DNA of 64,000 bases from a virus. The position numbers and the translations under genes are program-made. Where the stretch lies: positions 1-64,000 of IMG/VR virus record IMGVR_UViG_3300049811_000081. One strand, 5' to 3'. Positions 8,466 through 19,070 of the stretch are shown one piece after another; the first letter of the stretch is position 1; each line of letters begins with the position of its first letter. The notes under the pieces are model-generated. The model was not told the DNA's origin. It was given only the letters and a program-made list of their open reading frames with translations, and ran no database searches.

Positions 8466-8682
8466 CGTTATTGATTTGTCTTAAAGAAAACGGAAAAAAT
8501 GCACTCATTATGGGAATTCTGTGATCTGGATATAACGATCTGAATATTTTATAAGCAACACGAGCAAGTTTCCTATCCCATAACTCCTGATATAACTTAG
8601 AATAGGTTATAGTCAATGTTTTTGATTGTGATAAACCCTTCTCTAAGTTAATGAATTCCATGATAAGCTCTTCATTACCCAT
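8440..8682 (-). CDS. Array paralogue 28
   Basis: NEELIMEFINLEK..LYQELWDRKL..IFRSLYP. Confidence 0.85.
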   Translation of the reverse strand: MGNEELIMEFINLEKGLSQSKTLTITYSKLYQELWDRKLARVAYKIFRSLYPDHRIPIMSAFFPFSLRQINNDERGGRIE

Positions 8683-8707
8683 AAACCATAAATAAAACCA
8701 AATTTAG

Positions 8708-9022
8708 TTAATATTTTCGAGATTTCCAAAAAAATATGGGTGTTTCTATTATATGGGTCTCTGTAATAATCAATCTATGGAACATGTTCTCCCACCGAAT
8801 TTCCTCAATTGCACCCAAATACGGAGCATATGATGGGACCCCATCATATATGATCTCATATATCTGTATGAAAGTTTCGAAAATACCCCTCTCGTTGGAT
8901 ACATCAATTAACAACAAGTCATTATAGGTGACTTTACATTTAAAACCCAAGTAACGTCTTGTTCTCAAAATGAGTGTCATTATTACCTCTTCATCCGAAA
9001 GATTTTCTATTTTATCACTCAT
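8708..9022 (-). CDS. Array paralogue 29
   Basis: LSDEEVIMTLILRTR..ERGI..IYEIIY. Confidence 0.8.
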   Translation of the reverse strand: MSDKIENLSDEEVIMTLILRTRRYLGFKCKVTYNDLLLIDVSNERGIFETFIQIYEIIYDGVPSYAPYLGAIEEIRWENMFHRLIITETHIIETPIFFWKSRKY

Positions 9023-9273
9023 ATCAAGAATTGTAAGATATACCTATAAAACCTCCAGCAATGAGATTTCCCATATAAGGTTTTATATATTTCCTCATAT
9101 TCGAAATAAAGTTCCCTGTCACATATATCATTAAAAAGATCGATAACATGATTACTACATCTGTGTGTAATATATTCACTATTGACCCAATTTCTGGTTT
9201 CCTTAATGAATTCCATTATCAAAACTTCATTACTGATATCGTTATCGCCGCGGGTCTGGATCCCATTGTTCAT
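9019..9273 (-). CDS. Array paralogue 30
   Basis: ISNEVLIMEFIKETR..DREL..IYKTLYG. Confidence 0.85.
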   Translation of the reverse strand: MNNGIQTRGDNDISNEVLIMEFIKETRNWVNSEYITHRCSNHVIDLFNDICDRELYFEYEEIYKTLYGKSHCWRFYRYILQFLI

Positions 9274-9484
9274 CCCAACGTGTTATTAATTCAAAGATTA
9301 AAGTGTCACTTTCATAGTCATCATATAAGATATTGTATACTTTGTGGAATTCATCAAACATAGATCTATCATACAACTCTCTATATAAGACAAAATGTCC
9401 GGGTTTAATAATTTTATGTTGGATATAGTTTCTGGTTTCTTTTAGGAATTCTATAATGAGTTCCTCACGGGTTAAATTATTCAT
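9242..9484 (-). CDS. Array paralogue 31
   Basis: LTREELIIEFLKETR..LYRELYDR..VYNILY. Confidence 0.85.
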   Translation of the reverse strand: MNNLTREELIIEFLKETRNYIQHKIIKPGHFVLYRELYDRSMFDEFHKVYNILYDDYESDTLIFELITRWDEQWDPDPRR

Positions 9485-9752
9485 ACTGACTTCTATTGAA
9501 TTTACGGTCTATGTCAAACCATATTATTTGTTTTGCATCCTTATACCCATATAGTATTTTATATATTTTTGTTGCGATTTTATATAAATCTCTTTCATGT
9601 AGAACAAAATATATTTCCTGAAGAAAATCTGGTGCAAGGATTATTGTAAGTTTTTCCCTCAACGACCATTCCATGAGCCTATTTTTCTCCATGATGTAGG
9701 AAACTACCAATTCCTCATCCGACATTTGTTTAATGTTCCTAATTTCATCCAT
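9477..9752 (-). CDS. Array paralogue 32
   Basis: MSDEELVVSYIMEK..ERDL..IYKILYG. Confidence 0.8.
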   Translation of the reverse strand: MDEIRNIKQMSDEELVVSYIMEKNRLMEWSLREKLTIILAPDFLQEIYFVLHERDLYKIATKIYKILYGYKDAKQIIWFDIDRKFNRSQYE

Positions 9753-9945
9753 AAAATTTTTGTATGTCTTCTGGATACAACTTTGAATAAACCCAATAGA
9801 ATTGAAACATCAATTTCCTGTTTCTTATTTGCATTTGGATATGACCATATTCATACATGAAATCGGGAGGTAAAGGTTCTTCATTTCTTTTTCGATATGC
9901 CCTGTCGTATTTAATTGCCTCGAAAATGAGTTCTTCTTTTGTCAC
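9745..9945 (-). CDS. Array paralogue 33
   Basis: MTKEELIFEAIKYDR..IRNRKL..VYSKLYP. Confidence 0.8.
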   Translation of the reverse strand: MTKEELIFEAIKYDRAYRKRNEEPLPPDFMYEYGHIQMQIRNRKLMFQFYWVYSKLYPEDIQKFYG

Positions 9946-10159
9946 CGTATAATGTTTTATATATTTTTATTGCTGTGTCAAGATAACCCTCACTTCTTAA
10001 TGCATAAAGTATTCGTTCTATTCTCCGCATTCTTTCGTTTTGATCATTGTGATAATCCGGTGATGTATTTAATAACCTGAATTCCCTGATAAATGACATT
10101 ATCAGATCTTCCCGATATGTATATTCCACATATTCCTTTTCCACACTTTGTTTTTTCAA
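9911..10159 (-). CDS. Array paralogue 34
   Basis: REDLIMSFIREFR..IYKTLYG. Confidence 0.75.
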   Translation of the reverse strand: MKKQSVEKEYVEYTYREDLIMSFIREFRLLNTSPDYHNDQNERMRRIERILYALRSEGYLDTAIKIYKTLYGDKRRTHFRGN

Positions 10160-10164
10160 ATATA
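10157..10164 (-). promoter_or_regulatory. Possible Bacteroidota -7 element (TATATTTG) inside the array
   Basis: caaatata on + strand at the short AT-rich gap between paralogues 35 and 34; no clear -33 TTTG. Confidence 0.4.
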
Positions 10165-10188
10165 CTAAAAAAATCTATAATATATTCC

Positions 10189-10407
10189 TTATTTCTGATG
10201 TTTGTTATATAAAGTAAAATATATTTTGTAAAATTGGATATAAAGACCCCTATCCGACAATTTTTTTCTTGTATTATAAATACACTTCATTTCCGCGGTT
10301 AATTGTTCATAAGAGTTAAGAGCGCTAAAATATGTGGTATCAAATTTTCTTCTTTGTTTTATTGCATATATAACGAGATCAACATCATTCAATTCATCTA
10401 AATTCAT
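10189..10407 (-). CDS. Array paralogue 35 (start refined to MNLDEL)
   Basis: LNDVDLVIYAIKQRR..LSDRGL..IYFTLY. Confidence 0.75.
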   Translation of the reverse strand: MNLDELNDVDLVIYAIKQRRKFDTTYFSALNSYEQLTAEMKCIYNTRKKLSDRGLYIQFYKIYFTLYNKHQK

Positions 10408-10411
10408 ATAT

Positions 10412-10639
10412 TTATCTTTTTTGATAAAGGGCTCGGTAGATACTAAAAAAGGTTCTATCAATTCTTCTATCTTCCAATATTCGCTGTAAATAATCAATGC
10501 ATTTAACCAGGTGAGTTAATTCCTCCCATGAAAAATATTTTAGATTATGGATATATTCTCTTTTCTTATGAATAAGAAGAATTATGAGTTCTTCATCACT
10601 CATTTTAGGAGCAACCATAGAGGTCATAGTAGTAACCAT
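10412..10639 (-). CDS. Array paralogue 36
   Basis: MSDEELIILLIHKKR..LEDRRI..IYRALY. Confidence 0.8.
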   Translation of the reverse strand: MVTTMTSMVAPKMSDEELIILLIHKKREYIHNLKYFSWEELTHLVKCIDYLQRILEDRRIDRTFFSIYRALYQKR

Positions 10640-10823
10640 TTAATATTTTGGAAATTTTTATTTGTTCCAACAACAACCCTCTTCTGTGTATCTCCTGATA
10701 TAATTCCATAAAATAATTTTCATATTTCGGATTTGGTTTATCGGTTCTAAATTTTTCCTCATACTTTTTTTCTTCCCTGATAAAAGTCATGATAAGAACT
10801 TCATTGCTCATATCTTTTACCAT
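10605..10823 (-). CDS. Array paralogue 37 (first transcribed)
   Basis: MSNEVLIMTFIREEK..LYQEIHRRGL. Confidence 0.85.
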   Translation of the reverse strand: MVKDMSNEVLIMTFIREEKKYEEKFRTDKPNPKYENYFMELYQEIHRRGLLLEQIKISKILNGYYYDLYGCS

Positions 10824-10826
10824 ACA

Positions 10827-11501
10827 TTAGTTTATTTTATCAAAATTTACACCTTCCGAATAATACCCATTACTTTCCCCCAACCATTTTATCGTCACGT
10901 AACCCTTAACAGTTGCGAGTTTGTAGAATGTCCATGTGAAACTATCATATAGGTTTCTTCCGAAACGATCTGTCGAATTTGTTACTTCTTCCGCTTGTGT
11001 TATTGGGGAATTCAATAAATCATTTAAATCACCCTCGATGTCGTCAATTAAAACCGATTCACAACAGTCTTGGATATGGTGCATCAAATATTGGGAACCA
11101 TCACTGGTTATGATTTTCAACCTATCTACACCGTTATTTATTTCGGTGATGGTTTTTCCCAATAGTTGCGCAATACCTTTGGTGTTATTATTCTCAGTCA
11201 TGGATGTTTTTGTTTCTAATGTGCAAAATAATTTGCAGAAGTAATCCGCGATTTTTATTGATTGTTTTTCGAATGGTTCACGAAAATCCAGATCTGTTAC
11301 TTTATCTTGAAAATATGGGTAATCTAAATCTGAAATTCTTATGGTACTCGAATGAATTCCCGAAAAGCACGCCAATTCAAAATGATCTTCTCCTATGTAG
11401 AGTTCAATAGCATCACCATCTGGACACCAGTAATCTGCCGTCCATATTTGAAAATCATTTGTTGTTTTTACATGTCTCCAGTTTGGATCTTCCGTTATCA
11501 T
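10827..11501 (-). CDS. Conserved phage hypothetical protein; C-terminal HxQDCCE..SNGYYSE domain
   Basis: HHIQDCCESV..DLNDL..TWTFYKLAT.KG.VTIKW.GESNGYYSE, a motif recurrent in large phages. Confidence 0.6.
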   Translation of the reverse strand: MITEDPNWRHVKTTNDFQIWTADYWCPDGDAIELYIGEDHFELACFSGIHSSTIRISDLDYPYFQDKVTDLDFREPFEKQSIKIADYFCKLFCTLETKTSMTENNNTKGIAQLLGKTITEINNGVDRLKIITSDGSQYLMHHIQDCCESVLIDDIEGDLNDLLNSPITQAEEVTNSTDRFGRNLYDSFTWTFYKLATVKGYVTIKWLGESNGYYSEGVNFDKIN

Positions 11502-14500
11502 GGTTTGTTTTTCTTATTTAAGTAGTAATGCAATTTGAAAAGAAGAACATATAACCATTTTGGTTTCCTGTAATGGAAATGGTAATTTAATTTCCGATGA
11601 GGATACGACCAATGATATCCAACGTTTAACTCAAACATGGTTTTTTCAAACAACTCATCAACCAATTCCTGATCTGTTAATTCAAAAATGTCCATCATCA
11701 GATCCTCACTCCAAGAATGATAATTCTCATCCTCGTATTCCTTTTCCACCATTTCATCTTCGGACTCGTGATTTATTTTGAAATAACTGATCCTATTATT
11801 AAAAATACATAGACCTTCGCGATGAAGGTCGTAATGATCTTTAATGAAAAAGAATTTAACTTTTTCGTATGGTATTGCGTCAATGTGTTTCATTAATCCA
11901 AATTTATTAATGTAGGATCTTCTATGACTTCCCATTCGAGGGCTTCCTTCAGGTCTTCAACAAAAACGGGATGAACCCTTGTTGATTTTCCCGATAACCA
12001 AACACCCTTTTCCCATTGCGATTTCCATGTTCCAATTTTCCCTTCGGGGGTTTTGACAATAACGGACCCCATATTTGTTCCACTTGACAGATCTTTGACT
12101 TTCATGATTATTTTTTTTTTAATTACCATTTTTCAATTTTGTTTTCAAGAGTTCTCAACATAAATTCACCAAATGGTGTTAATTCATTTGTCCAATCTAA
12201 CTTTACTAATCCTATTGTTTGAAGAGCAATGAGGTATTCGTTATCGGGAGCGGCAACATATTCCTTACCACTACCGATTTTTTTTAATACATTATACAAT
12301 ATTTTTTCTGTCATAATTCGTTGGGTTATTTGGTTCCGTATTCCATCACATATTTTTTCGCACTCTCTCTGTCGTTTGTCCAATCCTCACCCGACCAATC
12401 CGAAGTGACACTCCCATTTACCTTATCGATCATGACACAAAGAAGTTCCTTTTGTCGAGGAGTATCCTCCTGCAACATAGCACTGAAACTCGAACCAATC
12501 TCCATGTATTCTTTCAGCGCTTCAAAAGCTTCGGGACTGTTTGTGAAATCATACCCCTTTAATGTACCCCATTTCAAGAGCAAAAAATCATTATTTTCTT
12601 CCATGACTATTTGTTTTATATTTTACATGTAATATACCATATACCCTTCGTTTTTGTTAACGATGGCTTGCATAAGGTCTCCCCATGCTCTCCATGAAAA
12701 CCCAATATTTTGTCCATCTGAGAATGAAAATAAGGTATCGTTAGCCTTTCTATCCGCGGTCTCACCAACCCATCCCAGTTTCTCAATGGCTTCTCTAATC
12801 AGAAGTATATGTGGTTGGAATTCTTCTTTGAAATCAGAAAGATAGTCATCCCAAGAAGGGTTTCTGTCGTCCCCACCAAATAATGGTGTGTAGTTTTCTT
12901 CAACATCCTTGGTGTCAGTAACGGTCAATTCCAAACCGTTTTCGTTTTTGAGTTTTATGAATTCCATGTGGTTGATTATTTTTCCATGTTTAAGATAAAA
13001 GTTCTTTCACTCTCCATCCCGCAACTTTGTGTGTATACTGATCTGGAATAATACCCGCAACATAATGAAATGAATGGGTAATATCGTTATCTGATGGGTA
13101 ATTGTGGTAGCTAATTTGGAGGCATATAAATTGTCCAGGTTTTACCAACCTAATGGCGACACCAGGACTACCAACAGTTTTTGTTATTTGATTAATTATT
13201 TTCATTTTTAAGTTTTATGAATTCCATAATTAATTTTATTTAACGTGGAATATATATTTCACCATGTTTTAATTCAGTTAAAAAATACCATTCGTCTTCC
13301 CATTCTCTTCGACCACCACCATTTAGGAGATGATTTATGAAATCATCATTCCCACCAATTATTTCTTTTAATTCATTCTGTGTTGGTTTGTTTTCAAACA
13401 CACAAACAAGATAGTCCCCAAACTGATCGTATTCATTCACTGCCTGTGTTACTACCCACATAATGACCTCCTATTCATTTACCAGAGAATTGCATCGATA
13501 TGATTTTCCATTACTGTCCCTCCATATGCTGCGACAATTAAGTTTATTAATTGCGTCACCATATATGTTATGACAAAATTCAAGGTTCAGATCAATACAT
13601 TCTTGTATGGTCAACACACCAAACTCTTTCTTGATCCACATTTTAATTTTCTTTATCATCATTTCACTTTTCAAACCAAATAAAAATTACCCAAAAAATC
13701 ATTTTAAAAAGATCTTTTGTTTTCTGTAGTTCCCACCCAACAAACATCGTTGCGAAGAACCCACCAATTAAATATAATAAAATCACAAATATTGATAAAA
13801 TAAGTGTGACCATAATTATTCGTCATTTTCTACTATTAATAATCCCATTCTTTTCAGTTCTTCATTAAAATGGATAAATGCGTACCTAATCTTTTTTAAA
13901 TCAACAAAGTCATAACGCATTAACCATGCATCAAAATTCATATAGTTTGTGTATCCGTTAGGGGTATCTTTATCAACAAATTGGATTGCGATTTTATCCC
14001 TATCTATTTTAAATCCTTTAAACTTAAAAACATAGGTGCCTATCATACAATATTTACCAATGATGTCTTTATACTCATCGTTTAGTTTATTGAACTCTTT
14101 TTCAAGGTCGATAAGTTTTTCTTCTTTTGATTTAAACAGTTTCATCTTTGCATTTTATTTTTGGCAATATTAATCAGTTTTTCGGTTGCGTTGTTTTCAT
14201 GAATATTGACATCCACCCCAAATATTCTAAAAGCAAATCCTTTAATGTATTTATACCTTTTAAACCTCCACATCCATTTATGGATATTGTCTATGGTAAA
14301 ATATTGTGTTGGGACGTAATTAATCCTTATTTTCATTTTTATGTTTATTTAACGAGATTACCCCAATATAAATCGGTATGTACAGTCACAACATCTCCCC
14401 CTCCGCAACAATTTGATCCATATATTTGACATCCACCATATCTCAGTTCTTCTTCACAGACACTTTTCACAACAAAAACTTTATTATCATCAATCCATTC

Positions 14501-14767
14501 TTTTTGTTTTATGTTATGCACCCCACCAGAAAAATCACCCTCTATTTCCACTTGATTTTCCCTAATTCCAACAATTCTGAATGGTTCTTTTCCGTGATAA
14601 ATTTCATCACAATAGACAGGATACCTACCTAAAGTTTTATATTCTTTAATACTTTCTTTTCTGTATTTCATTTTTTTACAATTTTTGCTATATGCATGAT
14701 GTGTCGGATTTTGGTGGTTGTCCTAACTCTACGTTTAGCCCATCGTTTGGATTTATACCACATATCT

Positions 14768-15061
14768 CTAAACCTCATCATTTTCGTTTAAAGCTTTTAT
14801 CAGTGCGTCAGCCATGTGAACAGCTTCTTTACAAATAAAATCATAAGTTTCTCCATCAACAGAACCCTCAACTCTTCCATCAAAAAAAGTTGTGTTTGAA
14901 ATCAAAGACCTCATCGCACCATACGCAAAAAGTTCTCGTTTGGTTAACCCCTTTTCAAATGGGATATAGTTCTCCCCACCACTAGTGGTTATCACGAAAG
15001 TATCACCAAGATGTGGATTTGGTTTAAATGCGAATCCAGCGGAATCGTTTGGGTTTGTCAT
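14768..15061 (-). CDS. Conserved phage hypothetical protein (GLTKRE.FA..AM..ADAL family)
   Basis: GLTKRELFAYGAMRSLI...AVHMADALIKAL. Confidence 0.55.
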   Translation of the reverse strand: MTNPNDSAGFAFKPNPHLGDTFVITTSGGENYIPFEKGLTKRELFAYGAMRSLISNTTFFDGRVEGSVDGETYDFICKEAVHMADALIKALNENDEV

Positions 15062-15118
15062 ATTTCATGTTTTCTGAAAGATACTAAATTTTTTTATGAT
15101 TTAAAAATATAATTTTAT

Positions 15119-15676
15119 TTATATTTTATTTAAGAAATTGTTTAATTCCTCTACTGTTATTTGTTTATCTCCTTGGAGTAATCCCATTTCCTTTAATCTA
15201 ACAATATGTGGATTAGAATGAAATTCTTTAAATTCCGACAACCCTTTATCTGAAAAGATTTGATTTAATTTAACCCATACTTTCATTATCCATTCCCAGT
15301 TTGAATGGAATTGAAGTTGATCGAGATAATATTCGTCATCATCGTGTTGATATATGGGGATTAAACCTGGATGTAATATTGATACATCCCTAATATTGAG
15401 TAATGTCTCTTGTTCTTCTTTTGTGAGTTTCTTCCAACCCAATATATCTGCACACAGAATATTGAACTCCGTGATATTCATGGTTACATTCTCTTTTCGG
15501 ATCCATCCCCGTCCTTTACAATGGGGACATTCATTCCTCCTTCCTTTATATTTTGCGGTACAATCCTCATCGCATCTATCGCCATCACAACATTCATTAC
15601 ATCCATAACCATATATGGGATGGTATGTCCATGTTCTGGTTTCTAATCCGTATGCCAATATTATTGGAGTTTCCAT
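15119..15676 (-). CDS. Zn-finger + FHSxWxWIM-type phage protein
   Basis: Cys cluster CNECC..CPHCKG; C-terminal part similar to 22124..22522 (FHSDWNYLM). Confidence 0.45.
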   Translation of the reverse strand: METPIILAYGLETRTWTYHPIYGYGCNECCDGDRCDEDCTAKYKGRRNECPHCKGRGWIRKENVTMNITEFNILCADILGWKKLTKEEQETLLNIRDVSILHPGLIPIYQHDDDEYYLDQLQFHSNWEWIMKVWVKLNQIFSDKGLSEFKEFHSNPHIVRLKEMGLLQGDKQITVEELNNFLNKI

Positions 15677-15680
15677 TATG

Positions 15681-16139
15681 TTATTTTAAAAGAATATTTA
15701 ACCAATTATCGAAATATGCTCTAAGTTCAGAACTTCTTTCGTGTTTACCCTCATGGTATATTTTAAAATCTTTTTCGTTTTGTACTTTATCGGCATAAAG
15801 CATTTCTTTTATCTCTGGTGTTGTGAACCCAACAAAGTCTTCAATCTTATCTTTTGATAAATAACTATTCGCTACCCTTCGATATTCCATTGCTAGAAGT
15901 ATTGCTTTTGTTGGAACATCTTTAAAATCAAAATTAAGATTGGACTTGAATTCTTCATCGGATTGAAGAATTGGATGTAAGCAATATGCGTCTATTGTTA
16001 CGACATCAGAACCTATTTTTAAGAGAATATCAATTCCCTCATCAATATGGTTCATTAATCTAACTCCGCTTCTTTTAGCGGTCTTATCCCCATAGAAATC
16101 GGAGATTAACTTATATGATGTCCTTTCTTGTATTTTCAT
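15681..16139 (-). CDS. HD-domain-like phage protein
   Basis: RSG..LMNHIDEG..AYCLH..ADKVQN resembles degenerate HD/RelA-SpoT-hydrolase motifs. Confidence 0.4.
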   Translation of the reverse strand: MKIQERTSYKLISDFYGDKTAKRSGVRLMNHIDEGIDILLKIGSDVVTIDAYCLHPILQSDEEFKSNLNFDFKDVPTKAILLAMEYRRVANSYLSKDKIEDFVGFTTPEIKEMLYADKVQNEKDFKIYHEGKHERSSELRAYFDNWLNILLK

Positions 16140-17188
16140 TTTCTTCAGTGACTTCTTCAAACATTTCGTTAAAACTATTCCCCACTTCGTAGACCAACAC
16201 ACCTTTCCATTGTTTTCCCGTTAGGATTGTACCTTCCAGAATAATACCATGTGGTGAAAAAATCTCACAGCTATTTTTATACTTTTTTTTATTGTTGAAA
16301 TTACTTGCCATTTTTTCTGGTTTTAAGTCTTTTTATTGTGTTTTCGTTTTTTTTAAATGTTGTTGCAACAACATGTAAAAAGTGTTTTTTTGTACATGCG
16401 TATTTCTCAAGATAGGTATGTTCTTTACCTTTATGTTTGTTCATAAACATAATTTCTTTGTATGTATTGAATTTTCAATCGTGTACAAGTTATTCCGTGT
16501 CCCAAACAATCTGAGGAATACATACTCCAAAGACTTTCCATCTCTTCGAGTTCGGATATAAGAACTTCAATGGCTTTTTGTGCTGATCCGTACTTTTCAA
16601 TATCTTTTTCAGATCTTTCTTTTACAAGATATCTTCTTTCTTCAAATGATATGTCAACACAACTATTGTCCATGATTTTAAATTTGGTTATCATTAATTG
16701 TCCAATCCAATATTTCATTTTTGGGTATCCAAACATACCCATACCCGTTTTCATCGACCCACATTTGATCATTCTCCCTTGCTTGTGAAATTCTCAAGGG
16801 AGAAAGAGACGCTGTTGATACAATAGCACCTCCATTAATCGCAATTAATTCAAATAGTCTTCTCATTGTTTTACTCTTTTGTCTTCCTCAACGTAGAAAC
16901 CATTTTCATCGATTGCCCCTTCTTTTACTGCAAAATCATATGATTCCGGATGTAGTGTTAGTTCTTTGTTTTCAAGAATGGGTAAGAAATTGAATGAGGT
17001 TTTATCAAAGACCGCACCCCACGAGAAATATGGTGTAAACGCTATTGCGTTATTAACCAAAACAAATTCTTTACCGTCAGGAGAAGATACTCCCCAAGGG
17101 GTTTCAGTAAAGTCATCCCCATCAGTTAAACGAAATTTAACGTAGGGTTGTCCTTCAATTTTCCATGTTTGAGATCCGCGTGTGTACT

Positions 17189-17572
17189 TCATATTAAATT
17201 GTTTAAGATGTAATCAAATGCCTGTGAGTAAGCTTCTTGTGGTGTAAATCCATCAATATCGAAATGATTATTCATAGGTTCATGATTAGATCCTAATTCT
17301 ATCTTTTCTATAGCAACATTATACCAAATTTTATTTTGGTCATGACCAAGATAAATACTAATCCAAATACCATGATTAACCCTTAACCATTCTACTACTT
17401 GCCATTGTTCAGGTGCTGATTGTATATTTTCAAATCTATTATAGTTATAAGGAACTCCAATAGCTTCTTCCCAACCGTCTTTGTTTTTAAAAACAGTTTT
17501 TACTTCTACATCAAATCCTTTCTCCTTTAGTTTCTTTGCTTGTTCAAAGCTAATATATGTTGGATTTATCAT
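17189..17572 (-). CDS. KEF.PY.EALELKELGFDEPC family, divergent copy
   Basis: YISFEQAKKLKEKGFD..SAPEQWQVVEWLR. Confidence 0.65.
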   Translation of the reverse strand: MINPTYISFEQAKKLKEKGFDVEVKTVFKNKDGWEEAIGVPYNYNRFENIQSAPEQWQVVEWLRVNHGIWISIYLGHDQNKIWYNVAIEKIELGSNHEPMNNHFDIDGFTPQEAYSQAFDYILNNLI

Positions 17573-17979
17573 TGTTTTGATTTTAGAATATTAATCATTT
17601 GTTTTAAACATGCGAGTTCGGCATCTTCATATAATTCATATCGACCCAAAGAATGTGAATAATCCACCCACTTGATTTCACAAAAATATCCCCTCATCGT
17701 TGATTGATACATCGTTAAGGGATTAATATGATGATACAGTTTATGTTTTTCCCTGAACCACTTGAACGCCTGTTGATGAAGTGGCGATCCAACTAATACT
17801 GTACTGGCATTTTTTTGTATACTCGGATAAAATAAACCAAAATGAATTGTGTCGGGACCAATCACCGTACCCATAGGATAAAATGTTTTATCACCATCAT
17901 AATATGCCAAACAAGGTTCATCAAACCCCAGTTCTTTGAGTTCTAATGCTTCCTGATATGGTATAAATTCTTTTTCCAT
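17569..17979 (-). CDS. KEF.PY.EALELKELGFDEPC family protein
   Basis: Shared N-terminus, PLxQQAFKWFREKH and AELACLK motifs. Confidence 0.75.
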   Translation of the reverse strand: MEKEFIPYQEALELKELGFDEPCLAYYDGDKTFYPMGTVIGPDTIHFGLFYPSIQKNASTVLVGSPLHQQAFKWFREKHKLYHHINPLTMYQSTMRGYFCEIKWVDYSHSLGRYELYEDAELACLKQMINILKSKQ

Positions 17980-18361
17980 TTTAATAACTTGGTATTATAA
18001 TGCAGTTTTTATATTTCTTGTTTCTGATGTTGATTGCTCCCTTTAATGTTTTTCTGGTATCAACAATCACAACACCACCTTTGATGGTGGTAACAACATC
18101 ATCACAGGTTACGGGATCAATGCCATGACTTATATTTGTGTCAGAAACACCTCTTATTATAAGGTATTGTGTTGGGTTTGCGTTCATTTTGTTTTAGGGT
18201 GTGACGTTGAAAAATTTGTGACGGTTTTATCATTGTACCCTTGTAACCAATACCATTCTGCAATAATATTTTTATATGGATTAGAATTTATTTCATATCC
18301 ATTATGCTTCGCTTCTTTTCCTTGCAAGTAAGCGATTTTATTATGGTATGCAATGGTTTTA

Positions 18362-18757
18362 TTATGTTGATTTTTTGTTTTCATATTTGACAATTTCAAT
18401 GAGTTTTTTGAGACATGATATTTCCGCTTCCTCATAGGAAACAAAAGTCCCCAAAGGGGACAACCTCTCCCACTTTCCGACATTGTTATCGTTATTCCAC
18501 TTATAGATAGATACTTTATATCCTCCCATAGAAGATGAATGGGATATGTACCCTTTGATCATATGCTTCTCTCTGAACCACTTGAACGCCTGTTGATAGA
18601 GTGGAGCCGAGACATAAACCAGACTTTTATTGTGATTACCAAGTTGCAATCCATTATATAAACCTATATCATCCCAATACCAAGTGAAACATGGTTCATC
18701 AAACCCAAGTTCTTTGAGTTCTAGTGCTTCCTGATATGGAACAAATTCTTTTGTCAT
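18362..18757 (-). CDS. KEF.PY.EALELKELGFDEPC family protein
   Basis: Same motifs. Confidence 0.75.
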   Translation of the reverse strand: MTKEFVPYQEALELKELGFDEPCFTWYWDDIGLYNGLQLGNHNKSLVYVSAPLYQQAFKWFREKHMIKGYISHSSSMGGYKVSIYKWNNDNNVGKWERLSPLGTFVSYEEAEISCLKKLIEIVKYENKKST

Positions 18758-19070
18758 AAAACTATTTTAATTCCAATAAATCGTTTCTTTAAGATCTTCA
18801 ACCCTATTCATCCCTTTTGCAAATTTCAAAACCAATTCAGATGCTTCTTCTATTGAATCGACCTTAAATCTATACACTTCATGGTCTGAATAGTGCATAG
18901 ATGTAAAGCTTACCGTCATATTTTCGAATGAAAAAGATGCTTGCCACATATCAGATAATGAACCAATATATATTACATATAATGGACCATAGGGGTCAGC
19001 ATCAAATGTTGGTCTTATTATTTGCCAGTTTAATGGTTCACAAGAAACCATTTCAATATTGTTCTTTGTT

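Larger units (their letters stand above)
1789..10823 (-). repeat. Tandem array of 37 intact + 1 truncated paralogous small helical-protein genes
   Basis: Each consecutive ORF carries S[ND]E[ED][LV]IM[EA]F[IL]KExR ... LYxELxxR[GN]L ... IYxxLY[GP]; no unrelated gene interrupts the run. Confidence 0.95.

Noticed and set aside
1789-10823. CRISPR array or integron cassette array as the explanation for the ~250-bp periodicity
   Set aside because: The recurring DNA is degenerate, in-frame coding sequence (helix 1). There are no identical repeats with spacers, no intergenic attC-like palindromes, and no cas or integrase gene in the window.
1789-10823. Diversity-generating retroelement driving array variation
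   Set aside because: No reverse transcriptase in the window and no TR/VR pair differing only at adenines; the variation includes indels and all bases.
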